IMG/VR virus record: IMGVR_UViG_3300024346_000003
DNA from: a virus
Taxonomy: Duplodnaviria; Caudoviricetes
Strand: one strand, 5' to 3'
Length of the DNA stretch: 64,000 bases
Shown: piece by piece, positions 8,758 through 19,541 of the stretch
Layout of the letters: the number at the start of each line of letters is the position of its first letter
Numbering within the stretch: position 1 is the stretch's first letter
Program-made: the position numbers and the translations under genes
The notes under the pieces: generated by a model
Databases searched by the model: none
Told to the model about the DNA's origin: nothing
What the model saw: only the letters and a program-made list of their open reading frames with translations

Positions 8758-8822
8758 TTTGCAAATATACTAATTTAAAATCAAATTATCAATATTTTTA
8801 ATATAAAAAAAGATATTTATAA

Positions 8823-9866
8823 ATGATGAGAATTATGACATTTGATAATATAAATAGGTTGAGTAGTATGTACTACTTAAATAAAGCAATTAATGAATCT
8901 AAATTGCTTGTCGAATCATACCCAAATGTTAATTCTTTATTATTAGAAGCTGATGATGATTCAGCACCTTATGAATGGGATTTTGTTAATAATAAATTCT
9001 ATGATAGAGTAAATAATATTGAAACTGATATTAAAAAATCAGCATCATATGTTAGAACAGCTGAACAAGGTATAGATTTCATTAAGACATTAGTTGCTAA
9101 AGTTGCTGAATTACCAGATAAATTAAAATCTCGTGTTGTTAAGGTAGCGATAGCATCAATGGCATTGACAATGGGTTATAACCAATTGGTTGATGTTGAT
9201 AGCAAAGTAGATGCTTTACCTAAAAACAATGTAGTAACGATGGTTGGTGACCTATTAGATAATGCTATAACTAAAAAAGAAGTACCACAAAAAGCTGAAA
9301 AACCTGTAGTAAAAGAAAAGTTTTCAAATAAAATAATTGAGCTATTAAAAACGCATGAAGGTATTGGTGGTAAACCAGTGCTTACCGCTTATAATATTGG
9401 TGATGGTGCATATACAATTGGATACGGTCACGCTGTATTTAAGGATATTTCTAGAGGTGATAATAGTAGTAGTTATGATTTCTTAGTATCATACGATGAG
9501 TATGAAAAAATGAAAAAAAGAGGTGAAAAGGTAACCATAACACCAGAACAAGCTGAACAATTATTAAAAGATGATGTTAAAATAGCTGCTGAAGGTTTAG
9601 ATAGGTTATTGAATGAATGGAAAGCTGATGGTATTAATCCTAAAATAACTCAACCTATGTATGATGCTATGGTTTCAATGATTTATAATATGGGTGTTAC
9701 CACATTTAGAAAAAGTGAATTTATCCAATTAGTAAAACGTGGTAAATTTAAACAAGCTGCTGAAGCAATTAAAAGCACCAGCAGCCAAATGTTTAGAAAA
9801 TATCCAGGATTAATAGTTAGAAGAGGTGATGAGTCTCAAACATTCACAGGTAATTACCCAACGTAA
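8823..9866 (+). CDS. GH24 (phage lambda/T4-like) lysozyme with long N-terminal extension
   Basis: LLKTHEG...AYTIGYGH...ITPEQAEQLLKDD...MYDAMVSMIYNMG...GLIVRRGDE. Confidence 0.85.
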   Translation: MMRIMTFDNINRLSSMYYLNKAINESKLLVESYPNVNSLLLEADDDSAPYEWDFVNNKFYDRVNNIETDIKKSASYVRTAEQGIDFIKTLVAKVAELPDKLKSRVVKVAIASMALTMGYNQLVDVDSKVDALPKNNVVTMVGDLLDNAITKKEVPQKAEKPVVKEKFSNKIIELLKTHEGIGGKPVLTAYNIGDGAYTIGYGHAVFKDISRGDNSSSYDFLVSYDEYEKMKKRGEKVTITPEQAEQLLKDDVKIAAEGLDRLLNEWKADGINPKITQPMYDAMVSMIYNMGVTTFRKSEFIQLVKRGKFKQAAEAIKSTSSQMFRKYPGLIVRRGDESQTFTGNYPT

Positions 9867-11392
9867 CCATCGTTACCCAATACACCACTAATTATTCTAT
9901 GGAATATTAAATCAGGATATCTTCTGATTGGACTAGTTGTATGCATATAAAACTTAACACCTAAACCATAATGCCCTATATTTTTAGTTTGATAATTAGC
10001 TTTGGTCATACATCTAACTACTAAATTATTAATTATATTTTCTTCTGGTGTATCTTTAACTTCCTTAAGTAACCCATTTAGTTTATCCTTAATCTTATTA
10101 TCATCAGATAAGTCTAATTTATAACCAATCAATTCTATAAATGTTTTTAGTGATTCTAATCTAGTTGGGTCTGGTTCATCATGTGTTCTATGCAATGTTA
10201 CAACACCTTTTTTTGTTACGTATTCACAAACTTGTCTGTTTGTTAAAACCATAAACTCCTCAATCAACCAATTCGATTCTTTTTGCTCAGTAAAATAAAC
10301 ACCAAGTGGATTTCCATTTAAATCTAAATCAAACTTGACTTCAGAACCTCTAAATTTTAATGAATTTTTATCACTTCTAATTTTTCTTATCTTACTTGCG
10401 TATCGATTCAAATCTAATATAGCTCTTTTTAAGTCTTTATTATAGATATCACCACCTTCAATTACTTTTTGAACTTCAGTATATGTTAATCGATAATTTG
10501 AATTGATTATACCACGACAAAACTTTTCTTTAATTACTTTAGCATTTTGGTCAAGTGTGAATATAAATGAATAAACTAATTTATCAGTATGTGGGTTAAG
10601 TGAACAAAGATTGTTACTTAATTTTTCTGGTAACATTGGTACAACCCTATCAACTAAATAAACCGATGTACCACGTTTATATGCTTCATCATCTATAGCT
10701 GTATTTGGTTTTACATAATAGGATACATCCGCAATATGAACAGCAACTTCAATATTACCATCAACCCATTGTACTGATAAGGCATCATCTAAATCTTTAG
10801 CTGTTTCACCATCAATAGTAAAAGTTAATATGTCACGCATATCTAATCTTTTAGCTATTTCTTTTTCTGAAATAACATCTGATATTAATTCAGATTCATT
10901 AATCACATTTTGTTTAAATTCATATGGTAGATTATATTCTTCTAATATACTATGAATTTCAACATCATTATTACCTGATTGACCTAATACTCTGATTACT
11001 TCACCATTAGGGTTTTTCTGATTATCACCCCAAGTCGTCATTTTCACAACAACCTTTTCACCATTAGATGCACCCATTGTTTTATTTAATGGGATGAATA
11101 TATCAATATTCATTCGTTTATTATCTGGTATTAGAAAAGCATGCTTTAATGATATTTGCATAGTACCAACGAACTCAGTCTTAAATCGCTCTATAATCTC
11201 AATTACCTTACCTTCAAATTGACCATTATCCGTTTTGGTCAATTCAACTTTAACTATATCTAAATGCAATGCTTTGTTTACACTACCTTTATTGATATGT
11301 ATACCCTTTTTTATATCTTGGTTTGTAACATACCCTGAACCGAACCCCGTAAGACCAATTTCACCAGTTACAATATCTCCTTTTTTAAACAT
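9854..11392 (-). CDS. rnr: RNase R N-terminal fragment (cold-shock/OB domains + RNB catalytic domain)
   Basis: TIDGETAKDLDDALS, VHIADVSYYV, RGTSVYLVDRVVPMLP, HTTSPIRRYPDLIFHR. Confidence 0.92.
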   Translation of the reverse strand: MFKKGDIVTGEIGLTGFGSGYVTNQDIKKGIHINKGSVNKALHLDIVKVELTKTDNGQFEGKVIEIIERFKTEFVGTMQISLKHAFLIPDNKRMNIDIFIPLNKTMGASNGEKVVVKMTTWGDNQKNPNGEVIRVLGQSGNNDVEIHSILEEYNLPYEFKQNVINESELISDVISEKEIAKRLDMRDILTFTIDGETAKDLDDALSVQWVDGNIEVAVHIADVSYYVKPNTAIDDEAYKRGTSVYLVDRVVPMLPEKLSNNLCSLNPHTDKLVYSFIFTLDQNAKVIKEKFCRGIINSNYRLTYTEVQKVIEGGDIYNKDLKRAILDLNRYASKIRKIRSDKNSLKFRGSEVKFDLDLNGNPLGVYFTEQKESNWLIEEFMVLTNRQVCEYVTKKGVVTLHRTHDEPDPTRLESLKTFIELIGYKLDLSDDNKIKDKLNGLLKEVKDTPEENIINNLVVRCMTKANYQTKNIGHYGLGVKFYMHTTSPIRRYPDLIFHRIISGVLGNDGYVG

Positions 11393-11464
11393 TAATTTTT
11401 ATTTTTTTACAAATATACTAACTAAAAATGAAAAAAACCACACTAGATGGTTTTTTCATTTTAC

Positions 11465-12343
11465 TTAAAGTGATAATAACATATCTATCAATTCTTGCTG
11501 TGGGAACATATCAGATTTATCCTTTCTAGTATTCGTATGTGTCCACATCCCTTTAACTTTACCGTAGAATGCATCGGAATTAAATTCAAAACCATCTGCA
11601 CCCTTTTTCTTAATTTCTGATATTAACCCGTCATGTATTTGAATGTTGTCTCTATCTGCGATATATAATATTAATTTCTTCAACTCCATAATCTGCGTAT
11701 CAGAATATCTATGCCAAGTTTTGTGTCCTCTAAATGCTTTTTCTAATGTTACAATTTGTTCAGGAGCCGCTTTAACATTGGCATATGTCATACCATTAAC
11801 AATGTAAGCGAAGTTACAAACTTCAATACCTACTGAATGTTTATGCATGTATTCAGAACCATTTGCACCTAAATGATAAGCATACGCACCTTCAGGGAAT
11901 GCTTGTACAATCGTACCATCATATTTAGTATCACCACCTTTAACAGAAGGTCCACCTAGACAAAACTCAGTCCCAATTTTACCCCTAGTATCATTATTCC
12001 AATTTTTTATTGTACTGTATGGGTTGTGGTTTCCAGCTGTATGGTGTAAAAATAAAAACTCCTTTGAAACTGGCCCAGCTAAATATTCATCCTTATCCAT
12101 ATAACTTTTATTAATAATAATATCACCACCAGTGTATATCATTTCAGATAAATCAGTTGTTGCTAACCCCATAATACCCCACGTTTTGGGTCCAACAACA
12201 CCATCACCTGTTAACCCATTTGCTATTTGCCATTTTTTAACAGCCGCATCAGTTTTAGCTCCAAAATCACCATCATTTTTTAACCCTAAGAACTCTTGAA
12301 TTTGAGCTACTTCTTTTCCTTTACTACCTAATTTTAATACCAT
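11465..12343 (-). CDS. Peptidoglycan-binding domain + Amidase_2-like N-acetylmuramoyl-L-alanine amidase
   Basis: LKLGSKGKEVAQIQ...DGVVGPKTW; FLHHTAG...HSVGIEVCN...WTHTN. Confidence 0.8.
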   Translation of the reverse strand: MVLKLGSKGKEVAQIQEFLGLKNDGDFGAKTDAAVKKWQIANGLTGDGVVGPKTWGIMGLATTDLSEMIYTGGDIIINKSYMDKDEYLAGPVSKEFLFLHHTAGNHNPYSTIKNWNNDTRGKIGTEFCLGGPSVKGGDTKYDGTIVQAFPEGAYAYHLGANGSEYMHKHSVGIEVCNFAYIVNGMTYANVKAAPEQIVTLEKAFRGHKTWHRYSDTQIMELKKLILYIADRDNIQIHDGLISEIKKKGADGFEFNSDAFYGKVKGMWTHTNTRKDKSDMFPQQELIDMLLSL

Positions 12344-12353
12344 TTTATATATT

Positions 12354-12968
12354 TTATTTTTTTAACCATTCGTAATATTTTTTTGTTAGTGAATTTCTAT
12401 GTTCTAAACCATTAGTACCACCATTAATTCTTTTCGTGAGTGATAATATTGAAGTATCATTAATACCTTTGTCACAGATATCCCATAATTTATTTTTATC
12501 AAAGAAATAAATTGCTGATTCAAATGCATATTCTTCAGCAACTAAATCTGGATTAGTCATAATTTCAGGTTTTTTTAAATAATCTGAAAATGATTTGTAA
12601 TTTGATTTACCAGTCAATTGTAATGCACCTCTACCACGGAATATCCAACCTTCTTTCGATGCTTCATTACCATTACCCATTCTATCACCATAAACCCTAG
12701 ATGCTATTTTTTCTGGTTGTTTAGCATAAGATTCTTCTAAATTACCAGGAAAATATTTACCAAATGTGGTTTGTAACCCTTTAGCTGAATAATTTAAATT
12801 TTCACTAAACAATTTGAATTCACCAGTCTCATGTGCTGTTTGAGCAAAGAAATGTGCCGCTCGTTCTGGTGTCATTTTATAGTACTCCATTGCTTTTTTT
12901 AAGGTGTTTGGTCCGAATGAACCATCTGGAGTTGCACCTATTTTTTCTTGCAGTTTTTTTAAACTCAT
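12354..12968 (-). CDS. GH19 chitinase-like endolysin
   Basis: AAHFFAQTAHETG, ENLNYS, RGRGALQLTGKSNY, TKRINGGTNGLEHR. Confidence 0.9.
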   Translation of the reverse strand: MSLKKLQEKIGATPDGSFGPNTLKKAMEYYKMTPERAAHFFAQTAHETGEFKLFSENLNYSAKGLQTTFGKYFPGNLEESYAKQPEKIASRVYGDRMGNGNEASKEGWIFRGRGALQLTGKSNYKSFSDYLKKPEIMTNPDLVAEEYAFESAIYFFDKNKLWDICDKGINDTSILSLTKRINGGTNGLEHRNSLTKKYYEWLKK

Positions 12969-13035
12969 AACAATTTTCGTTTAATGATAAATATAAACGA
13001 AAATTAAAAAGGGAACCTATTGGCTCCCTTTTTTT

Positions 13036-13668
13036 TTACTTTGTTGCATCCGTTATATGATGAACAATTACTTTTAATTTTTGTTTACTGGCCCAATCCT
13101 GAAATACTGGTAAATGGTCATCTCTATCTTCCCATATTTCAATTTCTTCTAGGATTGGATTGTTATTAACTAATTTATCCAATACTTCTATTTTAAAATC
13201 AGCAGTATCTAAATTACCAGTTTTATAGATATAATCATTAAACTTTAATCCTTTACTGTTTAATATATCAGTAACCAATTTACCAACACCAGCATGTCTA
13301 CCAGTTAATAATAATACCATAGTATCTGGTCTGCTAGATTGTTCTTTATAGGCTGATAATGTTTTTGGTATTGGGTTATTATCAAAGATATTTTTACTCA
13401 ATCCAAGTTCTTTATTAATATCACTACCTAATTTAGGATTATTCTCAAAATAGATTCTACTATCCAAACTTTCAGGTCTACCCCACCAACCTTTAAATGG
13501 CCATTCAAACCCAAATTCTTTTTGCCACAAAGGTTTACCACTTTCTGGTGTATCAGTATCAATTAACGTACCATCAAAATCAAATATAGCTATTCGTTTG
13601 ATTGTTTCATCAATAACACCTTCCCTTAATATCATTCTAATTTTATCTTTCATTTTACAAATATACAA
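13036..13668 (-). CDS. HAD-superfamily phosphatase (Swiss-Army-knife RNA-repair-like HAD)
   Basis: IFDFDGTL, LLTGR, WEDRDDH; probable start 13653 (MKDKIRMILREG). Confidence 0.7.
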   Translation of the reverse strand: MYICKMKDKIRMILREGVIDETIKRIAIFDFDGTLIDTDTPESGKPLWQKEFGFEWPFKGWWGRPESLDSRIYFENNPKLGSDINKELGLSKNIFDNNPIPKTLSAYKEQSSRPDTMVLLLTGRHAGVGKLVTDILNSKGLKFNDYIYKTGNLDTADFKIEVLDKLVNNNPILEEIEIWEDRDDHLPVFQDWASKQKLKVIVHHITDATK

Positions 13669-13694
13669 ATAAATATTTAATTTTCAAAGAAATA

Positions 13695-14060
13695 TTAATT
13701 TTTGTGAGCTACCAATAATAATACTATTAATGAACCAACTATTAACCCCCAAATAAAACTATTGAAATTTGGTTTGATTTTTGTTTTTGATTCAATGGTT
13801 GTTATTAGTGCACCAGAAATTCTTTTTGTAGCACTACCTATTAGTTTCATATCAATAGGTCCGTGAGCATTTATGGTTTGTCTTAAAGCACCTTTTATTC
13901 TATTTCGTTCAACTACTCTTTCTTTATTTAACTTCTCAATAGATTTAATATTAATGTCCTCATATTTCATGAAGACATTAATAATTTCATCGCTAGTTAA
14001 TTCACCTTTATCCAAAAGTTCTTGAATTTTTGATTTGAGTTTATTGTATTTATTTCGCAT
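13695..14060 (-). CDS. Hypothetical protein with C-terminal TM helix
   Basis: 121 aa, hydrophobic C-terminus. Confidence 0.55.
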   Translation of the reverse strand: MRNKYNKLKSKIQELLDKGELTSDEIINVFMKYEDINIKSIEKLNKERVVERNRIKGALRQTINAHGPIDMKLIGSATKRISGALITTIESKTKIKPNFNSFIWGLIVGSLIVLLLVAHKN

Positions 14061-14089
14061 TACATAACAAAATTACTAAACTTTTTCAA

Positions 14090-15676
14090 TTACTTATCAA
14101 GTGTTGTATATTCTAAACCATCTTTTGTTTTAAAAAATATAATATGTTGAAATTTACCAAGTCTATTAACAATCCCATGTGCTTGAATCCAACTACTAAA
14201 TGATTTATTATAACCAACTCTTAAATGTGTAGATGTACCAACACTTATTGCACCACCTATTCTACCAATAGTATGTGAGTGACCCGTAATTGATTTAGTA
14301 GATAAACGACTATATTGTGTTAAACTACCTCTTGAACCAGAAGCCCCCATATGACCATGAACACTCATTAAAAACCCTTTTACGGTAACGTTACAATCAT
14401 CAGTAAGACATTTAAAATGTGGGAAACTTTTATTAATTAAGTAAGGTACAATACCATTTTTAGCTTCACCTTTTAGTGTTGCTGTTGCATATTCCATATA
14501 TGGTAATGCATTCTTAAATGTTGGCATTTTACGCCAATCAGTATTGATTAAAAATTGGTCAATGTGTGTATCATGATTACTTTTAACAATATAAACGTTA
14601 TACTTTTCTATCTTCTCCAACCAATTTAACATTTCATATACCTCATTAAACAAAGAGTTTCTACCATTAATCTCCATCTCATGTTGTTTAAATGGATTTT
14701 TAAGATTATGGTGACTAATTGATTCCGAATCCATAATATCATGGATAAATAGTTTTTTTGGTTTTAATTTCACAAATAAATTATTAAGTGTTACATCAAT
14801 AACCTCTTTATCTACATGTGCAACGTGAATATCACCCATAGCACAAGCTTCAACAGTGTCTTCTTGTTTTATTTGACCATTATTTACATTGAAAAATAAA
14901 TCAATAAATTCACCAGTTTTTTCGTTAGCACTAACTTGTCTAAAGAAAAAAACATCTTCATCTTTAATCTCAACAATTACAAAACCAATTGAATGGTGAA
15001 ACTCACCTTTTTTACCAGACTTAGAATGTGTGTAATTTTTTTTGGTACATGCTCCAGTGGTAAACATTATTTTAGGTATACAACCTTCCATGACTGGAAT
15101 CGTTTTCAATTCCATTCTAGGGTGCCCAACAACACATGAATGTTGACCAGTCATACCCTCTAAACCTAATAATGGATTTGAAGCTGTTGGTTGAATAGGA
15201 ACATCTGATAACACTGAAATACCATTGTTTAAATTGTGTCTATTTAATGTTAAGTATTTTACAATACTATCATCCCACCATTCACCTTCTTGCTGCTCAC
15301 TATTAAACACACTCGTTGGGTTCTTATATCTAAAAGGTATTACCAATATTTCAGCATTTATATGTTCAGCATACGCCTCAATATTTTTTATAAAATGTTT
15401 ATTAACAGGTGTTGCTGATTGTGCAGATGTAATTATAAATCTTTTTTTGTTTTCATCATGTACTCTAGCTTTGGCTTTTACATACTGTTCTGGTTCAATA
15501 TCAACCTTTTCTTTTAATGATAATCTTTCAGAACACCATTTACGTATTGTTCGTTCACTAACACCGAATTCATCACCAAGCATTGCTGCTCGTTTTTCCC
15601 ATGATTTGGAGTCTTTGTCATTGTAAACTTCACGTATACGGTCTTTTTGACTTTCAGTTAAATTTTTAAATTTCAT
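14090..15676 (-). CDS. HTH + metallophosphoesterase-fold protein (possibly T5 A1-like nuclease)
   Basis: N-terminal HTH (FGVSERTIRKW); GDIH, HD, SNHD, HGH, GHSH motifs; T5 A1 link from memory only. Confidence 0.6.
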   Translation of the reverse strand: MKFKNLTESQKDRIREVYNDKDSKSWEKRAAMLGDEFGVSERTIRKWCSERLSLKEKVDIEPEQYVKAKARVHDENKKRFIITSAQSATPVNKHFIKNIEAYAEHINAEILVIPFRYKNPTSVFNSEQQEGEWWDDSIVKYLTLNRHNLNNGISVLSDVPIQPTASNPLLGLEGMTGQHSCVVGHPRMELKTIPVMEGCIPKIMFTTGACTKKNYTHSKSGKKGEFHHSIGFVIVEIKDEDVFFFRQVSANEKTGEFIDLFFNVNNGQIKQEDTVEACAMGDIHVAHVDKEVIDVTLNNLFVKLKPKKLFIHDIMDSESISHHNLKNPFKQHEMEINGRNSLFNEVYEMLNWLEKIEKYNVYIVKSNHDTHIDQFLINTDWRKMPTFKNALPYMEYATATLKGEAKNGIVPYLINKSFPHFKCLTDDCNVTVKGFLMSVHGHMGASGSRGSLTQYSRLSTKSITGHSHTIGRIGGAISVGTSTHLRVGYNKSFSSWIQAHGIVNRLGKFQHIIFFKTKDGLEYTTLDK

Positions 15677-15681
15677 AATTT

Positions 15682-16269
15682 TTAATTAAAACTATTGTTA
15701 TAATGCTGAAGTAGTTTAGAAAGCTTTAATTTAGCTTTAAGTAAGTTAGTTTTTGATGTACTAACATTAATACCGAGCTCATCAGCAATTTCATTGTGAC
15801 TATAATTTTCAATATAGTATAATTGGAATACTTTTTTGTATTTTGGACTTAGATTTGATATCGCAACATTTATATCATTAGACATAACTTCACCAAAATT
15901 ATCAATTACATCTGTATTTATAAAATATGAATTGAGGTTATTCAATTTATCTTCAGAAATATCAGTGGTATCTCGCCTTTTTCGTATAGAATCTATAACA
16001 CTATTTTTACTAACCATCTTAACCCATGCGGAAAATTGTGCTGGTGATTTACCTTTAAATGTGTCTACCTTATCCATCACCTTTAAGAATATATCTTGCG
16101 TTAAGTCTTCAGCTTCATGTAAATTCTTAATGTATTTTTTACAAACATTTAAAACAGTATAATAGTATTTTATATATAATGCCGATTGGTAAGATTTATC
16201 TTTATTTTTACAACCATCTATGATTTCAAAAATATCAGTTTTGTTATTAACAAGTAATTCTCGAACCAT
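15682..16269 (-). CDS. ECF-type sigma-70 factor
   Basis: AEDLTQDIFLKV, FSAWVKMVSKNSVIDSIRK, YSHNEIADELGINVSTSKTNL. Confidence 0.9.
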   Translation of the reverse strand: MVRELLVNNKTDIFEIIDGCKNKDKSYQSALYIKYYYTVLNVCKKYIKNLHEAEDLTQDIFLKVMDKVDTFKGKSPAQFSAWVKMVSKNSVIDSIRKRRDTTDISEDKLNNLNSYFINTDVIDNFGEVMSNDINVAISNLSPKYKKVFQLYYIENYSHNEIADELGINVSTSKTNLLKAKLKLSKLLQHYNNSFN

Positions 16270-16723
16270 ATATGTCTTTTAACATTTCACAAGCTTCTTC
16301 TTCTGTTTGTGGATTTCTTTTAATAACACTTAGTGTTGCACTTAATATTGAACACGCTGATTTGAGTCCAGCTCTATCATCTAAGAATATATTATAAAAT
16401 AATTTACCACTGCCACCATGTAATTCAATTATATTTTCATTTATTGTATCAAATGGTATATTTTTTGAATTTAAATATTCACCCATTTCAACATATCTAC
16501 TGACTGGTGAGCAACTATATACTATAAATTTAGCACCATATTTTTTAGATTCTCTCAATAAATCAATAACAAAATCAAACTCATATCCAAGATTATGGTA
16601 ATCAAATACTGTATTATCATAATCATATGCTATGATTAATGATTTATGGTTAACCCATTCTTTAACTAATCTTTGAATCGATGATATTTCAGCGACATAT
16701 GGGTCTTTATTTTTATTTCGCAT
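16247..16723 (-). CDS. HAD-like hypothetical protein
   Basis: IIAYDYDNTV and FLDDRAG motifs. Confidence 0.6.
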   Translation of the reverse strand: MRNKNKDPYVAEISSIQRLVKEWVNHKSLIIAYDYDNTVFDYHNLGYEFDFVIDLLRESKKYGAKFIVYSCSPVSRYVEMGEYLNSKNIPFDTINENIIELHGGSGKLFYNIFLDDRAGLKSACSILSATLSVIKRNPQTEEEACEMLKDIYGSRITC

Positions 16724-17354
16724 TTTTAATTCTATCTAAATTTTGTATAGTAATAATTTCTTTCACTTCTTGGTATGATATTGGTCTAAAACCATTTGAA
16801 TCAACACCAACATCCATTTGATTTGGTGATAATCTTTTGTCACCATCTAACATACCATGAACATGTCCAAATAGTTGCCATGAACCTCTATGTGACTTAT
16901 CCCAAACAATCATTGGGTAATGACATAATATAATATCTTGAAAACCGTCTGATACTTCCTCATCTATTATCGTAATTTCTAATAAATCATAAATACCACC
17001 ATCAAAATATTCTTTAGCTCCCTTACTACCTAATACAGATTTCTCATGATTACCCTTAATTAATATTTTATAACCATTTAACCTATTTAATATTTGAATA
17101 GCATTATTTGAATTACCAAGTGAGAAATCACCGCAGCAAATAATCAAATCATCTTCAGCTACCACCATATTCCAGTTATCAATCAAAATTTGATTCATCT
17201 CTTCAACATCTTCAAATGGTCTTTTACAATATTTGATGATATTGGAATGGTTGAAGTGCGTGTCAGATGTAAACCAAATTTTATTAAATGGTACCCTTTT
17301 TAAATTAAAATGTGTTCGATTCATATTTAAACTTTTTTTACGTAATATACCCAA
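16713..17354 (-). CDS. Calcineurin-like phosphoesterase
   Basis: FTSDTHFNH, GDFS, GNHE, CHYP, FGHVHG. Confidence 0.88.
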   Translation of the reverse strand: MGILRKKSLNMNRTHFNLKRVPFNKIWFTSDTHFNHSNIIKYCKRPFEDVEEMNQILIDNWNMVVAEDDLIICCGDFSLGNSNNAIQILNRLNGYKILIKGNHEKSVLGSKGAKEYFDGGIYDLLEITIIDEEVSDGFQDIILCHYPMIVWDKSHRGSWQLFGHVHGMLDGDKRLSPNQMDVGVDSNGFRPISYQEVKEIITIQNLDRIKNAK

Positions 17355-17521
17355 CCATTCTCAGAATTATTCTCAAATAAATCAGCAACACTTTGTGCCT
17401 CCAACTCAGTATCAAATTCTAATATCTCATTATGACTATTCACTAAGAATATGTGTTGCGGTTTTCCACCTTTTTTTGTTAAAACTTTAACAATAATGTA
17501 AGCATCTTTAAATTCACTCAT
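17327..17521 (-). CDS. Hypothetical protein
   Basis: 64 aa, overlaps neighbours. Confidence 0.5.
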   Translation of the reverse strand: MSEFKDAYIIVKVLTKKGGKPQHIFLVNSHNEILEFDTELEAQSVADLFENNSENGWVYYVKKV

Positions 17522-17898
17522 ACTAATTTCACTTTTGGTTCAAATTTAATCCAGTTTCTATCATACCATTTAGATTTATAGTGACCAGGTTCAAATTTAG
17601 TTGTGTATAATATAATATCTAATGCTGTTGGTAATTCATCAAATAATATTTGCATATCAACTATTTGAGATTCCGTTAGTATAATATTTTCATCATTTAA
17701 TGGGTCGAAGTTCTCTGGTTTACCATTTAATATAGTATTCATATCTTCAAATAAATCATCACCACCGAATGGTGAATCACCATGTTCTTCATTATCATTA
17801 CCCCTAGATAATATCTGATTATCTGTAGTCATTGACCATTTTAAATGCTTTATAAGCTTAATGTGGTCTTCTTTTAATTCAAATTTTATTAATGCCAT
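17518..17898 (-). CDS. Hypothetical protein
   Basis: 126 aa; promoter box at 17903. Confidence 0.55.
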   Translation of the reverse strand: MALIKFELKEDHIKLIKHLKWSMTTDNQILSRGNDNEEHGDSPFGGDDLFEDMNTILNGKPENFDPLNDENIILTESQIVDMQILFDELPTALDIILYTTKFEPGHYKSKWYDRNWIKFEPKVKLV

Positions 17899-17910
17899 AC
17901 TGCAAATATA

Positions 17911-18114
17911 TTATTTATATTTTATAAAAGCACACTTTTCTTGAAAAATATTACAAAAATCTAATTTTTTCATAGAAAAGTAACTATCACTCACTTTAAA
18001 GAAAACAGTTTCACCAAAGAATGATAATTTTTCTGGGTCCCATTTTTCCACAACAGCTAGTGGCATATTTTGTTGACCCTCGTTTGCAACTGCAACTAAA
18101 ACAGATTTACTCAT
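17911..18114 (-). CDS. Hypothetical protein
   Basis: 67 aa. Confidence 0.45.
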   Translation of the reverse strand: MSKSVLVAVANEGQQNMPLAVVEKWDPEKLSFFGETVFFKVSDSYFSMKKLDFCNIFQEKCAFIKYK

Positions 18115-18262
18115 TATTGATTATTTTCTTCGTTTGTTAGCTCATCAAGTTGTTGATGAAGTTTTTTAACATATAATTCTAATTGAGGGGTACTTTGTGG
18201 TATCCCCTCATAGAACTTTATAAGATTTTTAATATCTTCAATTAATCTTTCGTTACTATCCA

Positions 18263-18691
18263 TTACACAATAGAATCAGTATTTGTTAGTAAGTCTTTAA
18301 CCATTTGAGATAATACTTTACCATCATATTGACCAGCAAAATTTTGATTAAAATATGCCATAATTTTACCCATATCTTTTGGTGAGTTATACCCTTGTAA
18401 ACTTCTAAGTAATGAAAATTGAAAGTACATATCATCCAAAGTCATTTGACTTGGCATATACTTTTCAAGTACAGCAACTTCTAATTGGTCACCACCTGTT
18501 TCAATAATACCATCAATTGATTTTTTAACTAATTTAACAATATCCGCATCTGATAATTCAATCTTACCATTTGAAGATTGCTCACCCCTTTGGATTTCAC
18601 CTTTTAATACTCTTAAGACTTTTAATGTAATTGTGTCTTTCGCTTTCATTGCAGTAACTAAATCTGCACTGATTTGTGATTGTAATCCCAT
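18263..18691 (-). CDS. GatB/YqeY domain protein
   Basis: LQSQISADLVTAMKAKD...LRVLKGEI...LEKYMP...KDMGKIM...DGKVLSQMVK. Confidence 0.85.
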   Translation of the reverse strand: MGLQSQISADLVTAMKAKDTITLKVLRVLKGEIQRGEQSSNGKIELSDADIVKLVKKSIDGIIETGGDQLEVAVLEKYMPSQMTLDDMYFQFSLLRSLQGYNSPKDMGKIMAYFNQNFAGQYDGKVLSQMVKDLLTNTDSIV

Positions 18692-18695
18692 ATAA

Positions 18696-18998
18696 CTATT
18701 TTTTAATTTTTAAATAGTATTGATACCCATTATCATTATCAATACCGTAAAACATCCATTTAAGTAACCCTTGTTTAACTTTTTCAGTTATCTCACCCCT
18801 TTTTACTAAATCACCAAAAGCTTTGTGCCTTTCAAACCTATTGTCAGTTGTTGATTTTCTTTCATCAATTTTCTTTTCAATAGGTTTAATTTCAGCTTCA
18901 ATTTTTTTAGTTGTTTGTTTAACAACAGGTCTAAGTTTTGGTTGCTCTTCAATAGGTTGAATGAGCTCAGCTTGAACTTTAACTCGTTTTTTTGCCAT
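18696..18998 (-). CDS. Hypothetical protein
   Basis: 100 aa. Confidence 0.5.
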   Translation of the reverse strand: MAKKRVKVQAELIQPIEEQPKLRPVVKQTTKKIEAEIKPIEKKIDERKSTTDNRFERHKAFGDLVKRGEITEKVKQGLLKWMFYGIDNDNGYQYYLKIKK

Positions 18999-19189
18999 TA
19001 TCTAACTAGTTCATTCAATCTAGTTTCTAAAATAAACAATCTTTTATCAATATCCGCAATTGACATTTCAGTCTCTTTTGACATGTTTATTCCAGCGTTT
19101 TCAGCTTTTAATTTAGATTTTTCTCTGTTCAATCTGTCTCCTTCTGAAACGATTGCCTCATACATCACTGCTTTCTCCTGATTTGTCAT
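18998..19189 (-). CDS. Hypothetical coiled-coil protein
   Basis: 63 aa. Confidence 0.5.
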   Translation of the reverse strand: MTNQEKAVMYEAIVSEGDRLNREKSKLKAENAGINMSKETEMSIADIDKRLFILETRLNELVR

Positions 19190-19463
19190 ACTTTTCTTTT
19201 AATAATTTACCAATGACATTATCTAATATCACCGATTTATCCCAAAAACCTAATTTATGGGCTTCACCAATTAATTTAATTAAACCATCTGTTAATAAAT
19301 CAACATCTAAATTTAACATTTCCACCTCAATTACTTTATCTGTTGGTGCTTCTTGGTTTGGTTTACCAATTCTTATTTCATTACCATCCCTATCTGAATC
19401 GTAATCTAAAAATATTATGTTTTTCATAATTACAAATATACAATTAAAAAAACAAAAAATCAA
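19158..19463 (-). CDS. Hypothetical protein (probable start about 19427)
   Basis: Promoter box at 19433. Confidence 0.5.
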   Translation of the reverse strand: MIFCFFNCIFVIMKNIIFLDYDSDRDGNEIRIGKPNQEAPTDKVIEVEMLNLDVDLLTDGLIKLIGEAHKLGFWDKSVILDNVIGKLLKEKYDKSGESSDV

Positions 19464-19541
19464 CCCTTCAGTTGATTAATATTTTATTATAAATATCATA
19501 TTTAATATTTGTCTTATATATTTATTTGTAAAATTATAGTT

